Position numbers and translations under genes: made by a program. A stretch of DNA of 64,000 nucleotides from NCBI GenBank assembly GCA_012295275.1, contig CM022679.1, forward strand, positions 5,642,001 through 5,706,000, written 5' to 3'. Shown piece after piece: positions 33,859 through 47,648 of the stretch. Position 1 is the first letter of the stretch; every line of letters starts with the position of its first letter. The notes under the pieces were generated by a model. That model saw only the letters and a program-made list of their open reading frames with translations, did not search any database and was not told the DNA's origin. The DNA is from Chrysomallon squamiferum (lineage: Eukaryota > Animalia > Mollusca).

Positions 33859-34574
33859 TATAAGAATTCGAAATACGTATTCAAAGAAGATTTTAAAATA
33901 AAATGATATTCATTTTCAACATTATTCATATTATACTTCTGATATTTCGGTTCCTATCTTTCAAAATTATGATATCAGCATTGTTCAATTAACAATAATT
34001 ATGTGAACGGTAGAAACCCGCAATCTGATAGTAAGTATAGTATATAACAATCTGACAAAGATACTCTTAGATGGTTTGTAAACAATGTCCGTCTATTAAA
34101 TGCATGCGAGTGTGTGTGCGTGCATGCGCGCGCACTATTATAACATTTAGTAGAATAATCTAATACAATTATCTCTTTTATGATTGAAGGTATTTGTTAG
34201 GCACATTTCACTTTATAAAACGAACTTGTATTTTATTTACATGTTGATTGTACCAAACCTCACCAAAGCTAGTGATAACAATACTTTTCTAACCAGTCAA
34301 AGACAATTACAACCATTATAATACTGTAACATATCTTCAAACTAAAATTCTTGCAAAAGTTTTAGCCAATACTTTACTATTCTTATTTTTCTAACAAAAG
34401 ATATTTACTCATGATTTGATAGATGATACTTTTCTTTTCTTGTTTATTTTTTTAATTTTAATTATTAACATCTGGTAAAATGACCGAAGAAATGGATGCA
34501 TAAACTGGATCGGATATCGTATATGATATAATACTAAGCAAATCATTATCTCGGGACTGTCTCAATCTGTTGGA

Positions 34575-34605
34575 AACGACTTCCGACTTTCACGCATGCG
34601 CAATT
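34575..34605 (+). promoter_or_regulatory. Housekeeping-type promoter motifs upstream of fucosidase (ETS-like ACTTCCG, NRF1-like CGCATGCGCA)
   Basis: ACTTCCG at 34579-34585 and CACGCATGCGCA at 34591-34602 lie 65-90 bp before the ATG in a locally CpG-rich patch. Motif match only. Confidence 0.45.
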
Positions 34606-34668
34606 AGGAAAAGAACAATCTGAAACACGGGTCGTTTTGAAACCGTGACACCCAAGCTGAAAAGCAAA

Positions 34669-35165
34669 ATGTACTGTCATTTGTATTTTCGTTTAACAGT
34701 TTTGTTAATTACATTACTTTTGTGTCAGTCAATCCACTATCAACCAAACTGGAAATCTATTGATTCTAGACCATTACCAGCTTGGTACGATGAGGGGAAA
34801 ATCGGAATTTTTCTTCACTGGGGAGTATTTTCTGTTCCCAGTTTCACATCCGAATGGTTTTGGAAACAATGGATGGATGGGACGCCGAGTGTTGTTGAGT
34901 TTATGAAGAAAAATTACAGACCAGATTTTACGTATGCAGACTTTGCACCGATGTTTCAAGCAGAATTTTTCGAACCCAATCAATGGGCCGACATCTTCAA
35001 GGCTTCGGGTGCACGGTTAGTACATTTTTTATGATCATCATCATGGTGGAGAAACTTACAGAAGTTATACCATAAATTGCATAATGATAATAGTAATACC
35101 ATCTTACCTGGTAACCATAATACATTAAACTGCAGACTAGCGGTGGAATAAAATAACTTTTAAGA

Positions 35166-35256
<91 letters not shown>

Positions 35257-38200
35257 CTGTGAACAGGTAAGAATTTAGTTTGCTGTGAGGCTATGTTGAG
35301 TTATATTAGGCCATTTGACCAGAGCCAGGATAAAGCATAACCAGTAAACCACTTATTTCATTTATCCTGCACAGTTCTTAATAATACAAAAAACACATGA
35401 AAGTAATTTTATTTCTCAACTTAGCTCTTCTGACAGTAGATAATCTAGATTCATATATATAATTATATTAATTTCATTGTTGTTATGCATGAAAAGAAAA
35501 ATAGTAATTAATCAACATCAATTTAATTATTTATTTTTCAAAATGATCTTTTAAGATCTAAACCAGCTTTTAAACATTAAAGAAATAATTTTGAACTGTG
35601 TATTAGTGTGTGTGTGTGTGTGTGAATAACAATTAATTTATCAAACTAAATATAATTTTGTTCCAAAGACCTGTATCTTAGTTCAGTGCCTGAAAATGGA
35701 TAAATTTATCTAGACATGGTAGTTTTATTTTGCTTCCACACCTGAATGTTACTACATTCTACAGATTACTTAAAACATTTTATTTTAAAGAAAATATTTA
35801 ATGAGTTTTGTCAAAAATGTGTGTTACTATGTTACAGGTATGTTGTTCAAGTGACAAAACATCATGAAGGTTTCACAAGCTGGCCTTCAAAATATTCCTT
35901 CAACTGGAATGCTGTGGATGTAGGCCCAAAACGGGATCTTGTAGGTTAGAATTGGATAACACATATATCTCAGTATAAATTATATAGATGTCTTTGTAAA
36001 CATTATTAAAATGCTAGGTCTGATGCCACAGTGATGCATTTGTTAATAAGAAAAACAAAATGTAGTCCTTTTGTTTACATTTATTCTAATTATGTTAATA
36101 CATACACTTCAACATACACATTCAAATACATATCTTACACATACAGTAATACACAGACATACATGTGAAAACTATAGCTCAGTTTTATTTCTATATATAT
36201 ATAGCAATCTTCAATATTTGTTCTTTAAAGACATTCCAACATAGTGTGTGTAATAGTTAACATGTTGCACTGGTAGAACATTATTTTTGTTTAGAAAAGA
36301 AATTTTAGCATATTGTATATGATACTTATTACATTTTTATTTTTGCTCTGGTAAAACATTAGTTTTGTTACATAACCAAATAAATAATTTTTTTCTTTTA
36401 TTTTTATTATCTCTCTCAGCTGCACTGGCATCTGCAATTCGAAATCGGACTAACATTCACTTTGGAGTTTATCACTCACTGTTTGAATGGTTTAATCCAC
36501 TGTTTGAAGCTGACCAGGCCAACAAATTTCAAACAAATGATTTTGTTATGGTAAAACAATATTCTGCTTACTTGTTACTAATACTAGTAAAGTGGGCCTT
36601 TGATCATAAACACAAACACAAATACAACAACACAACACAACACAAACATAAATTTTAGAGGAAGACATAAATGTTTTTGGGAAAATATTTTTCCTTGCAA
36701 AGATGGATAAGACACTGGATTTGTACTTGAGCTAGTCAGTTTTAAGATTGGATATTTATTATAGAGTAATCTGGAGCTGGTAAAATGATTGTTTTATTAT
36801 GTGTTTTGTTTTTGCAGAGAAAAGCTTTACCAGAACTGTATGAACTTGTAAACAATTATAAACCAGACATTGTGTGGTCAGATGGAGATTGGATGGCTCC
36901 CGACTGGTACTGGAATGCAACCATCTTCTTAGCTTGGCTGTATAATGAAAGGTAGTTAACAGATGTACTAAGTCAATCAGCCTGATAGACAGACAGACAG
37001 ACACACACAAACATATATAGATATATATATATATATATACAGTGGAAAAGACAGTTCTAATCTGCTTATATAACAAAAGGTAATTCACAAATATACATAG
37101 TCAATCAGCTCAGTTGAGAAATAGATCCATAAACATACAGTCACTGAAATGCAACTATCTTTCTAGACAGATAGCTACACAAACATACATAGTCCGCCTA
37201 GACTGGGTTGTATATGCAAAGACAGTTAACATTACAAAGACACCACAGGCAGAGATACACAGACAATGCAGACAATCCTCTTGGTTTGGTTGTATAATGA
37301 AAGGTAGTCAACACAAAAACAAATAACACAGACAGGCAGCCATACACATGGAGAGCAGCAGCCTGGAATACAAGCATTCTTACACTTAATCACAATAAAT
37401 ATATATTCCCCATGTCTGCAAGCATATAAACATAAATAAAACTACAAAATATATTTTTCATAGAGAAAAGTCAACAATATATTTTGACTTTGCTCTGTAA
37501 TGAATGGTAGTTCAAGATGTGTCCTTGTATAATTAAATGTCAGTGTGTTTATATGTCTGTCGGTACACATTTTTGTATAGATGGGTCATATGGGTACATG
37601 TATGTGTTTTTATTCATGTTTGAGGTTAGATATGATGGATGGATGCATGCATATGTTTACATGTATTACAGAGAGAGATAAAACAAAAAACAAACATTCA
37701 CAAATATGTTGAAACTGAAAATTTTGGGATGCTTAATAATATACAGATATTGGATTGCTAATCTTTTCATGCTGTAAAGAAAGGTTATTTGAGATTAAGT
37801 AAAATATATAGTTACAAATATGTATGTTTTACATCTGTCAGTTTCCTGTGTTTTACTTTTGTCAGCCCAGTAAAGGACACAGTTGTTGTGAATGACCGCT
37901 GGGGATCCAACGCACGATGCAAACATGGGGGATTCTTAAACTGTCATGACAAGTTTAATCCAGGTAATTAATATGTCTCATTAGCATCACAAATCACAAT
38001 GAACAGAGAGGCATGTAACATCTAAATTTTAGCTCATTTATTACAATATTTATTATATTTATATTTATCTGTTGTTTTTTGAGTGTAATGGTTTTTATAT
38101 CTGTTATCCATTTCTTTCATTGTTTTTATATTTATTTTTTTTTTTTTTTTAACTTACTTTTTTATTCTTATTTAATTATTTTTTTATCAGAAAATATTTA

Positions 38201-41200
38201 ACAGAAAGGTTTATGTTTTCAGGCAAACTACAACCACGGAAATGGGAGAACTGTATGAGTATTGACAGATACTCGTGGGGATATCGTCGTACTGCCACTC
38301 TGAACCAGCTTTATGCCATGGATGAGTTGATTCCGCTGCTTATTGAAACAGTGAGGTAATACATGTATACAACAAGCTAACACCTCAGTGTAGAGCCAAG
38401 CATATAAACTAAGTATGTGGACAGAAATTACAGACCCCAGAAATCTGAAAACAAATAACATAGTTGGAAAGAGCTTTGGGACCCCTTTAAAATGACACCA
38501 AAATCAAGTGAATGTGTTGAATATTATGAAAGTAACAGTAGTTTCAAATAACATAATAGGTTCTTATTTTTGTCAAGTTGAACACTATTTAAGACAGTAG
38601 AGGTTTGTGACCAAAAAATGCTACATTTAAATTTTTTTTTTCTGGGTAAAACCAAACAGTGAAAAAGTAAAAAACTCAAAAAACTAAACTAATTATGATA
38701 CATGAAAAGGAATGCAAAACGTGGTTGAATCATCTGTAAAAATTAAATCAACATGGAATACAATCTCATGTGCTTTTTTGATTTGTAAACAGACAGCCAT
38801 TTCTATTTTAAAATCCCAAGACATTGGAGACTTCAGACAATTATGAATGAAAAATACCAGTATAACATTGGGGACATCTTTTTTCATAAGTAATTTAAGA
38901 AGAATAAATTAACATAATCCATCCTCAAACATAAGTCATTAAGCAAGAAGTCATGGTCTACAATGATGTCAGATTTAGACATGTTTGTGCATCTGTCTGT
39001 ATCTTACTCTCTGTTATGTGTTTGTGTGAATATAATATGTGTAAGTGTTACGTTTTTATTAGTATTTACACAATGATGTGTGATCAGACATTATCAAACA
39101 TATACATAAATATACTATACTTGTGTAAACATATATACATAAATATACTCTTAAACACAGGATACATAACCATATAGATTTCTTTAGTAATGAACATATT
39201 TAGTTTTAAAATACTGTTTTCAGTACAAGATAATATCTGAAAACTTATTTTATAAAAACATTTGACTAATTACAGATTTCATTGTCTAAACAAGCAAGAT
39301 CACTTGTTGATTTTTTTGTGTTTTATTTTAGTTTTGGTGGCAATCTTCTTGTCAATGTTGGACCTACATCATATGGAACCATTGCTCCAGTGTATGAAGA
39401 ACGTCTGAGACAAATGGGATCATGGCTGAATGTGAATGGTGATGCAATTTACTCCACCAAGCCTTGGAAGTTCCAGAATGACTCAGTGACACCTGCAGTG
39501 TGGTGAGATTTGAACTGTTGTATTTATTAATGATGAAACTGTTGTCTGTTGATACCAGCAGATAATAAAACTTTGGTATTTTTCATGATGTCGTCATCTA
39601 TTGATATCTAGACACAGTTAAACTGTTGTAGTGATCTATAGTTGATGTTAGTAAACAATTAAACTTTTGTATTTATTTATTTGTAATGTTGATATCAATA
39701 AACAGAAAAATTATTGTATTTATGTATGATAATTATGTCTGTTGATATCAGCAGATAGTAATTATATCACCTTCAGTTTTCCACAGTACATCATTCTGTA
39801 AGTTTTAATAAGTAGAGAATAAAAGGGAAGCAATCAGCAGAATAACTATCATATGATAAATTTTAATCACAGTAGAAAATTTAATTATGTTGTTATTAAC
39901 TGACACAGAATATAAGATAGTTACGAAATTTTATATCTATGTATCACTGAATGTAGATAAATAGTATAATTATTTGATAAGAGACAAAAGGATCTGATCT
40001 GGTTCAGGTACAGTTTAATATATATATATGTGTGTGTGTGATATAATTATTTGATTAGAGATACATGATAAGATATATTGACAGAACTAGTTTATCCTTG
40101 GCTAAATAAACAATCTAAATTGTTTGTATTTGGATTGTAGGTGATAACTTGAAAAGTGTATCATGTTTGGGTACAAAGATAAACAGGGCATTGTAAAGTT
40201 TTTATGCTGCTTGTTAATAGTCTAATCAAACATCATGTATTAATACAGCAAGCAGTAGTCTATTTTTGATGATAGTATATTAAAAAACATTTTAATGAGT
40301 TAAAAATTATAGCAATTGAATTTGATTTTGTTAACTTCGAAAAACCAGGCATCAAAAGCAGTTGGCATCAAAATTGTCTTTATTATTATTATTTTTTTTT
40401 TTTTTTTTATTTATTTATTTATTTATAAAATGTTGACTAGTTCTTTAAGATTTTTATATAATGTATTAAAAATAGAAATAAATTAAGAAGAAGAAGAAAT
40501 TATATAGTATAAGAACAAAAAAGCTTAAATATAAAATATTATTCATATTTTTCTTCTAAAATTCTGTAGTTTTTATTAAATTATGTCTGTGAATTAACAA
40601 AAATATTAATAGTATGAAAACTTGTATAATATTTTAATCATTATGATTATTCTCCAATTACTATCATATGTATAATTATATTTATAATTTAGGAAAGTAT
40701 TATTAATGGTTTTTGTGATGTGTGTGTGTGTGAAAAAATAATTTATTTTTTATTTTATTTACTCTTTTTCACCATTATGTATTTGTTATATCTGTAAATT
40801 TAAATAAATGGTATAAATTATAGCTTTTTTGAAACTAATATATGCTACAGTATTTCACAATTACTCTTATTGGACTGATAATGTATAAATCTGTAATGCT
40901 GCTAATGAATTTGATCTTTAAAATGTTCATACTGATGCTGCATTCTGCAATAGTTAATGCTATACGGTTTTCTATTCAAGGTATACCAGCAAAGCAGGAT
41001 CTACAGGAATTGAAGTCTATGCCATGACAATAAAATGGCCAACGTCATCTTTGTACCTAGGTGATCCACAGGTTTCCATGACTACCAAAGTCCAACTTCT
41101 TGGATACCCAGGCAATCTGGTGTTTCACCCAGGATTGACTGGGGGCATTGAAATTTATGTACCTGATTTAACCCCAGCACAGATGCCTTGTCAGTGGGCA

Positions 41201-41236
41201 TGGACTTTCAGAATGACAGGTCTCAAAAATGCATAA
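34669..41236 (+). CDS. FUCA: Alpha-L-fucosidase (GH29), 458 aa, with signal peptide
   Basis: Exons 34669-35015, 35838-35944, 36420-36550, 36818-36951, 37866-37963, 38223-38355, 39332-39502, 40981-41236; all GT-AG, phases consistent, 1377 nt. Motifs: [41 protein letters not shown] (nucleophile Asp), [36 protein letters not shown]. Confidence 0.96.
35169..35250. repeat. (CT)n microsatellite in fucosidase intron 1
   Basis: Pure CT run. Other (CT)n tracts lie in the chitinase introns at about 2650-2695, 15029-15108 and 27802-27871. Confidence 0.95.
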
Positions 41237-44200
41237 CCCATTCAACATAATTTCTTTTTCTTTGTTTTTATAATTTTTAGCATTTTATTTGTTGTTTTTG
41301 ATTTTAAATATAGTAATATTTTTTAGTATTAATTCGAAGAATTTTAATGGAGCTTTTATAAAATTACTTTTACAGAATTTACGCATTATTTCTTTTTATT
41401 TGATTTTTTTTGTGTGTGTGTTTTGTTTTTGTTTTTTAAGGAATTATTTTGTTTGCACTAAAAAAAAATCTTAATTAGATTGTTTCCATATTTCTATTTG
41501 GTATATGTATAATACATTTTAATAGAAGATTTTAATGTATCAGTAATTCATTTGAATATAATAGTAATTAATCAAATTTATGATCAATGAATATAGATAA
41601 TTTTATAATTTTTAAAGAAATATTTACATGCAGAATTTTGATTATGATGAAAACCTTTCTGTTTTCTCTTATACAAATAATTTCTGAATTTTTAGCAATA
41701 TTAATTTTATGACTTTCTACATCATGTTACTTGAACTGTATAATGTTATGTTCTTTTGATTGTATACATTTTTTATATATATTGTATAATATCATATTAT
41801 CAAAGAATATAATTTTCTTTGAAAACTATGATGTGATAATCTTTTGCAAAATGGTTCATTTAAACATCATGACATCTGATTCTGTTTTTAATCTTAATGT
41901 GATTTTTATAATATGCTCAAAATATCTTTGTGAGATCTCGTCCCTAGCAATATTTAACATTGTTTTAAAGAGCTGATTTTTTAACTGTAAGGAGGGTGAT
42001 AAAATAAGAGTGACATTCCTTTGACATTGCAAAATGGTTAGTGCAATCAAAACAAGTCTTTGACAGTCACTTTGAAATGTCAGTGTCTAGTGACATTTCT
42101 TTGTGTACAAGATGGTATGTTATTGTTTGTTCACTTTACACAGTTGAAGTAGTTTTATGCAATTGTTGGAACAGATGAATGTATGAATATTTATTTTAAG
42201 AGCATCTTAGTTTAGCCTTTACTGGACATAAAACATTCAGTTTTGTACAATATCTGAATAAAAACCTGAAGATTCCATTCCATGAGCAGTTCTTACCAGT
42301 TTCCACAATAGATATTTTATATATATATATAGTTGCATATAAACATAGAGATATGCATTTATACAGATAATAGATACACATAACATACACATATGCATGT
42401 GTGTGTGTGTGTTCCACTGGTCCAGAAAAAGAGTATTACAGTTGTTTGCAGTGTGACAAATAGTATTAACAATAAAACTACATGGGTAGCAAACCAATTT
42501 TGTGGGAGAAAAGAATAGATTTAAATTGATATGAATTACCAATACAAAAATTACATTTCAAACAATCCATAATAAAACTCCTTTGAGATAATTAAAAACT
42601 AATTTTGCATTCTGCCCGATGTGATAGAAATACACTCTACATAAAAATAAAACAATAACAAATTATTATTTTTTCTAACTTGTTTTTCTGTTATTTTGAA
42701 GTTTTGGTTTTTAAATATATAATATACATTCCACATTTGGAACTTCCAGCAGAAGTAATTTTCAGTATAATGTTGTGTATTTGCACATATGGCTATAGAG
42801 GTGACATTATACATAATAATTACTGTTACTTTTACGTACATGTGTATATTCTACTTGTCCAGGAAACTCGTATTATAGTTTTTGATAAGAAAGTTGCTAT
42901 AATTTTATGACATAAAATAAAATGATATGGGTGGTAAATCTATTTGTGGAAGTTCAGCATAAATTTAAATTAATAAGATTTAAAAATTACATTTCAAACA
43001 AACTGTAATAAAATTTCTGTTAGCTTACAACATATTTCAAATGGAGCAATGTTTGAGAGAATGATTTTACATTCTGTCAGACTTGAAGCTCAGAATATTC
43101 AAGAATAGAGGCCATGGAATTCTAATCCCCATTTGTCTGCTGTAAAAACTGCTGATTTAAAAATATATATATATATGTAAAACAAACATACTGCTGATTC
43201 TTTTTGATGAATGTATATTCATAAATACTGAGTTATGTGTTTAAAATCATGTACATGCATATTTATTCAAAAATGAAATCCTGTAATAATATTTGATAAT
43301 ATATTTTCTTAACTGTTTAAAAATTTGTCATAATGGAACAATTTTCTACCCTTATTTTATATTCATAATGGTATATGTCAATTATTATTTAATTATTAAC
43401 TGTTTTATGTATTTAATATTATATGATGAATATTCCAATAAAGTGATAATAAAGTTGTTAATGTTCATATTATGTAATTAATCATGTAAATGAAATATTT
43501 CTGATAACTTTTGTAGTTAGCTTTATGTTATGTGCTACTGTTCTTAACTTTTTCATGTAAATAACATTAGACTGTATGTACATTTTTTTGTCTATTCTGG
43601 AGGTTTATGCACACAAGAAACTCATGATGTGATATATGTAACAGTGATATATCATGTATTCTATACTTTATGATGGTTGATAAATAATACCATTCAGTCT
43701 ATTTGAGATAAGTCAATGGCTGTGTGTGTTCACAAAAAGAAGTTCACTGAAAATATCTCTAACCACCATGTAACAAGATAATGTTTTACAGCATGTCAGT
43801 CATATTCAGACTTCAGAACTTTTGTCATTTGCATGCCTCTGACTCAATTTTGATGCAATCTTATGATAATGTCGACTCTGTTTTCTTAGAAACAGTTGTA
43901 GTTAATAGATCCAAGAATATTACAAAATTATTGGCACTGTTTCTGACAATATGGATAAACATACTGTAAATATCTACATCAATAAAAGCTTTTTTAAGCT
44001 TGTAATAACAGTAAAAAAAAATATTAAACTTACAAAGTAATTTTTCATTTCTTAAGTAGCTTATGTTATATTGATCAATGAATGCCTGTTACAAAAGTAT
44101 TATATTTCATAAATCACTCCATCTCACTTATTCTAATAAAGTGTTATTGTAATAAGATACTGCATATATAAAATAATGGCAGCAATTTTATAATTCAGAT

Positions 44201-47200
44201 TTTTTTTAAATTTTCTATTTTATTTATTATTTATATATTTATTTACCTTTTTTTATTCTTTTCTCTTTTTTTGGAATTTTACTAACATTTAATATAAACC
44301 TTTTTATTTATTTTTTTATTGATTCTGTATTTAAGATTTAAAGAATAATTTTATTTCACATATACTTCTCTTATTTCCTCTTTTTTTTTTTTTATTTATA
44401 TATAAAATCTAATGCCTTATTTTAGATATTTAGAGGTATTTCTTAATATTTGTTTTTGTCATCAGAGACCAATTTCTGTTAGTAATTTAACCAGCTATGA
44501 AAATACATACAGATGTCAAAAAAGCCTAACAGAGTAGTCCATAATTAACACATAAAGAAGATAAAATTAGTAAAATGATGGCAAATAATAACAATAATAA
44601 ATAAATAAAGATGCTTTTCTGTGTACTACACAACCATAAGTATGTGAGAGAAAATGGCAGCCTCCATGTTTTTGTATGTGTGTCCATTATTATTGTCAAA
44701 TTGTGTTTGTTATTGGAAACAAATCTGAAAAATATATGAAAAAAACAAACATATTTAAATACAGATAGAAGGAGAGACTTTATGTGTATAATTTTAAAAT
44801 ATCATTCCAGAACTAATATATACATAATGTATTTTTTAACAAAATTATTAATGGTGGACACCAATCAGTGGTATTGTTAAATAATAAGGAATGGAGTAAA
44901 AAGAACAGGTCAGGTAGATATAGAGATGTAGGTACTTGGAACAGTCAGCTGATATGTACCCTGTTTGTTCAGTACTTAAATATTTTTAATTTCTTTTTAA
45001 TTTCATTATTGATTTCTTCAGTATTTTTTTTCTTTTATGTATTTATAACTAAACTATTAACCAATGAAATTAAAAACCACAATACATGTATATGAACATT
45101 TTTATTTTATTAATCATTTTAAAAATAAATATTAATCAAATCTTCAACAAATAAAATAATTACAAGTGACAAAAACAATATTTAAAAATAATAATAGCCC
45201 ATATCAAAATCTAATTTATCTGCCAATAGATGTGATTAATAATATAAATATTAAACATTAAATGTATGCACTGAATCGTATCATTTAAAAATAAAATTTG
45301 TATATGTTATGATATATGATAATGAAATATAAAGGTATTGATTGATGTACTGAAAATGTTTTATTATTTTTTACTGGTACTATAATAGCTTTTATCATCT
45401 TAATTTATTACATACAACAAAAAAAGCAAAATGAAAACAATTCAGTGTATAATTTGTCTAAATTATTTTATATGCTGACTGTGTTCAAAATAAATGGTGA
45501 AATTAATGTGTTTTTGAGTTTTTGTTTACCTCAGAACATTACACAAAATTTTTACATTTCTCAATTTCATAGCGCTTGATTATTTCATTAAATTCATTTC
45601 CCTTGCTATGATCAGTTGAACAAAACAAAACATCATTATTTTAAAAACGTGTAACTGAAAAAAATAAAAAAATAAAAAAAACAAGTTTCATATTAAAATT
45701 CTATAAAATACATCAAAAACAACAAAAAATAAGATATTAGTTATCCATAAACATTGTAAAAAAATATATTTAGAGGATGGATTAAAGATAAATTATAATG
45801 ACCATTATAAATACATTGCGCACACACACACTTCTCTCTAATAATATACATAACTATTATGCTAAATAAAAATATACATAATTATGAAACATTTATCACT
45901 GCATAAGAGCTAAATGTTGAAGAAGAAAATACAAATTTTAACTGTTTTTTGAATAACAATCACCATCCTAAATTAAATTTTATCACAAAAAATTCTAATA
46001 GTTTATTTATAAATCAAGAAATACAAATTGTCCTTCATTATGTCATTTTTTTAAATAAACAGTTTCTAAATATTTATATAATTTTCTATCTCTCATATAT
46101 TTTATAGTAATCACAAACATGAATCTATGTAAATAAAATACAGTGAATATTTTTGGCTAGTTGTTTCCAATACAAATAACAAGGCAATTAAACTCAAATA
46201 AAAGAAATAAAATTATACATTGATAACTAATCTAAATGAAATTACTATTACCAGCTCATTAATAAAATTGAATATTTTGTTTAGCAAGTATTGTGTGACA
46301 TAATTCCAATAATTAAAGAATAATTATTTTTTCAATGTGACACTAACCATTGAAATATCAGTTTTGTTGTTTATAAGAAGAAAAAAGTAATGTAATTAAT
46401 TTTAAACAATAAGATCATGTCAAAATAAAAATTCTTGTAAACATTTTACTAAAAAATATTTTAAGAGACCAAAAAATGTAAAATGAATGGTATAAAAAAA
46501 GGTAAAAAGTTATCCATTTCAAATGGAAGTATAAAGTAAAATATCAAATATTTTTAGAATCACAGACATTTTGCTGACACAATTATTTTACAGAAAATTT
46601 CTAATAGAAAATTTGGTAAATTCCATGAAAACAAAAATATTCAGAATAAAACTGAGAAATTGTGATAAAATTGTTCCAAATTGTATTAAAAATAAAAGAT
46701 CAAAAGTAAATAAACAAGAACAAATTTCTGCCTAAATAAAAGCATATAGCATGTAACCATTTCCAAAAATATGAAAAATTAAATATCAAATATAAATAAA
46801 TAAATAAATACAACAAATCTGTCATAATTATCATCTAAAAGAACTTTAGCAAGTTGGCATTTCCAGTGAGAAAAAAAAAAAAAGCAAAAAAATGTTATAA
46901 AGTTTTAAATCAAAGTATATGTTTGATATTTGTATATATAATGGATTTCAATCAAAAAAGCTTTAAAGTATTTACAATAATAATAAAAAAATGCAGTTGT
47001 ATACATCTGTCATATTACTATCTGTACTTACATATACATACATGTATGGATGGATGTCAACATTTTACCATGCCACTGCAATAAATTAATATTTCCTGAG
47101 CAATATTTTGTGATTTTGCACTGTCATATAGTCTGTATCATTCATTATAATCACAATCCTTCATATTATAATATTGTGCATTTTCATTTTCCTATGGATT

Positions 47201-47648
47201 CCTTTTATAAAAATATTCTTCACACATCACTTGCAGTCTTTACAAATCTTTACTACTAATAAAGAATTTCAATAAAATAAAAACCTCTTGTGAATGAAGG
47301 AGAAATTGTATTTGATTTTTTTATGATTTGGTGCAGAGAAGAACAGAAAAATCCCTGTTAAACTAAGGATTTAGCTTCACTGAAATATATTTTCACTTCT
47401 GTTCATTAATTAACATAAAAGACACTGTTTCTGTCAGGCTGTTTGCAAGCTTGTAAACATGTAACTGTGTTCTGTATGTAATCATTAGCAAAGACTGAAC
47501 ACAAGGAATAAAATAAACAGTCACTTGAACACACAAAAACTCATTATCACACAGTCAGAGGTATACTTCTAAATTCTCATCTTGTTACAATTTCACTGAC
47601 ACACCATTACTGTTTCCATGACAACATCAATACACTTTGTAAAATAAG

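Noticed and set aside
41237-47648. Short ORFs in the fucosidase-TRPM interval
   Set aside because: AT-rich UTR/intergenic sequence with no recognisable protein or RNA-gene signature.
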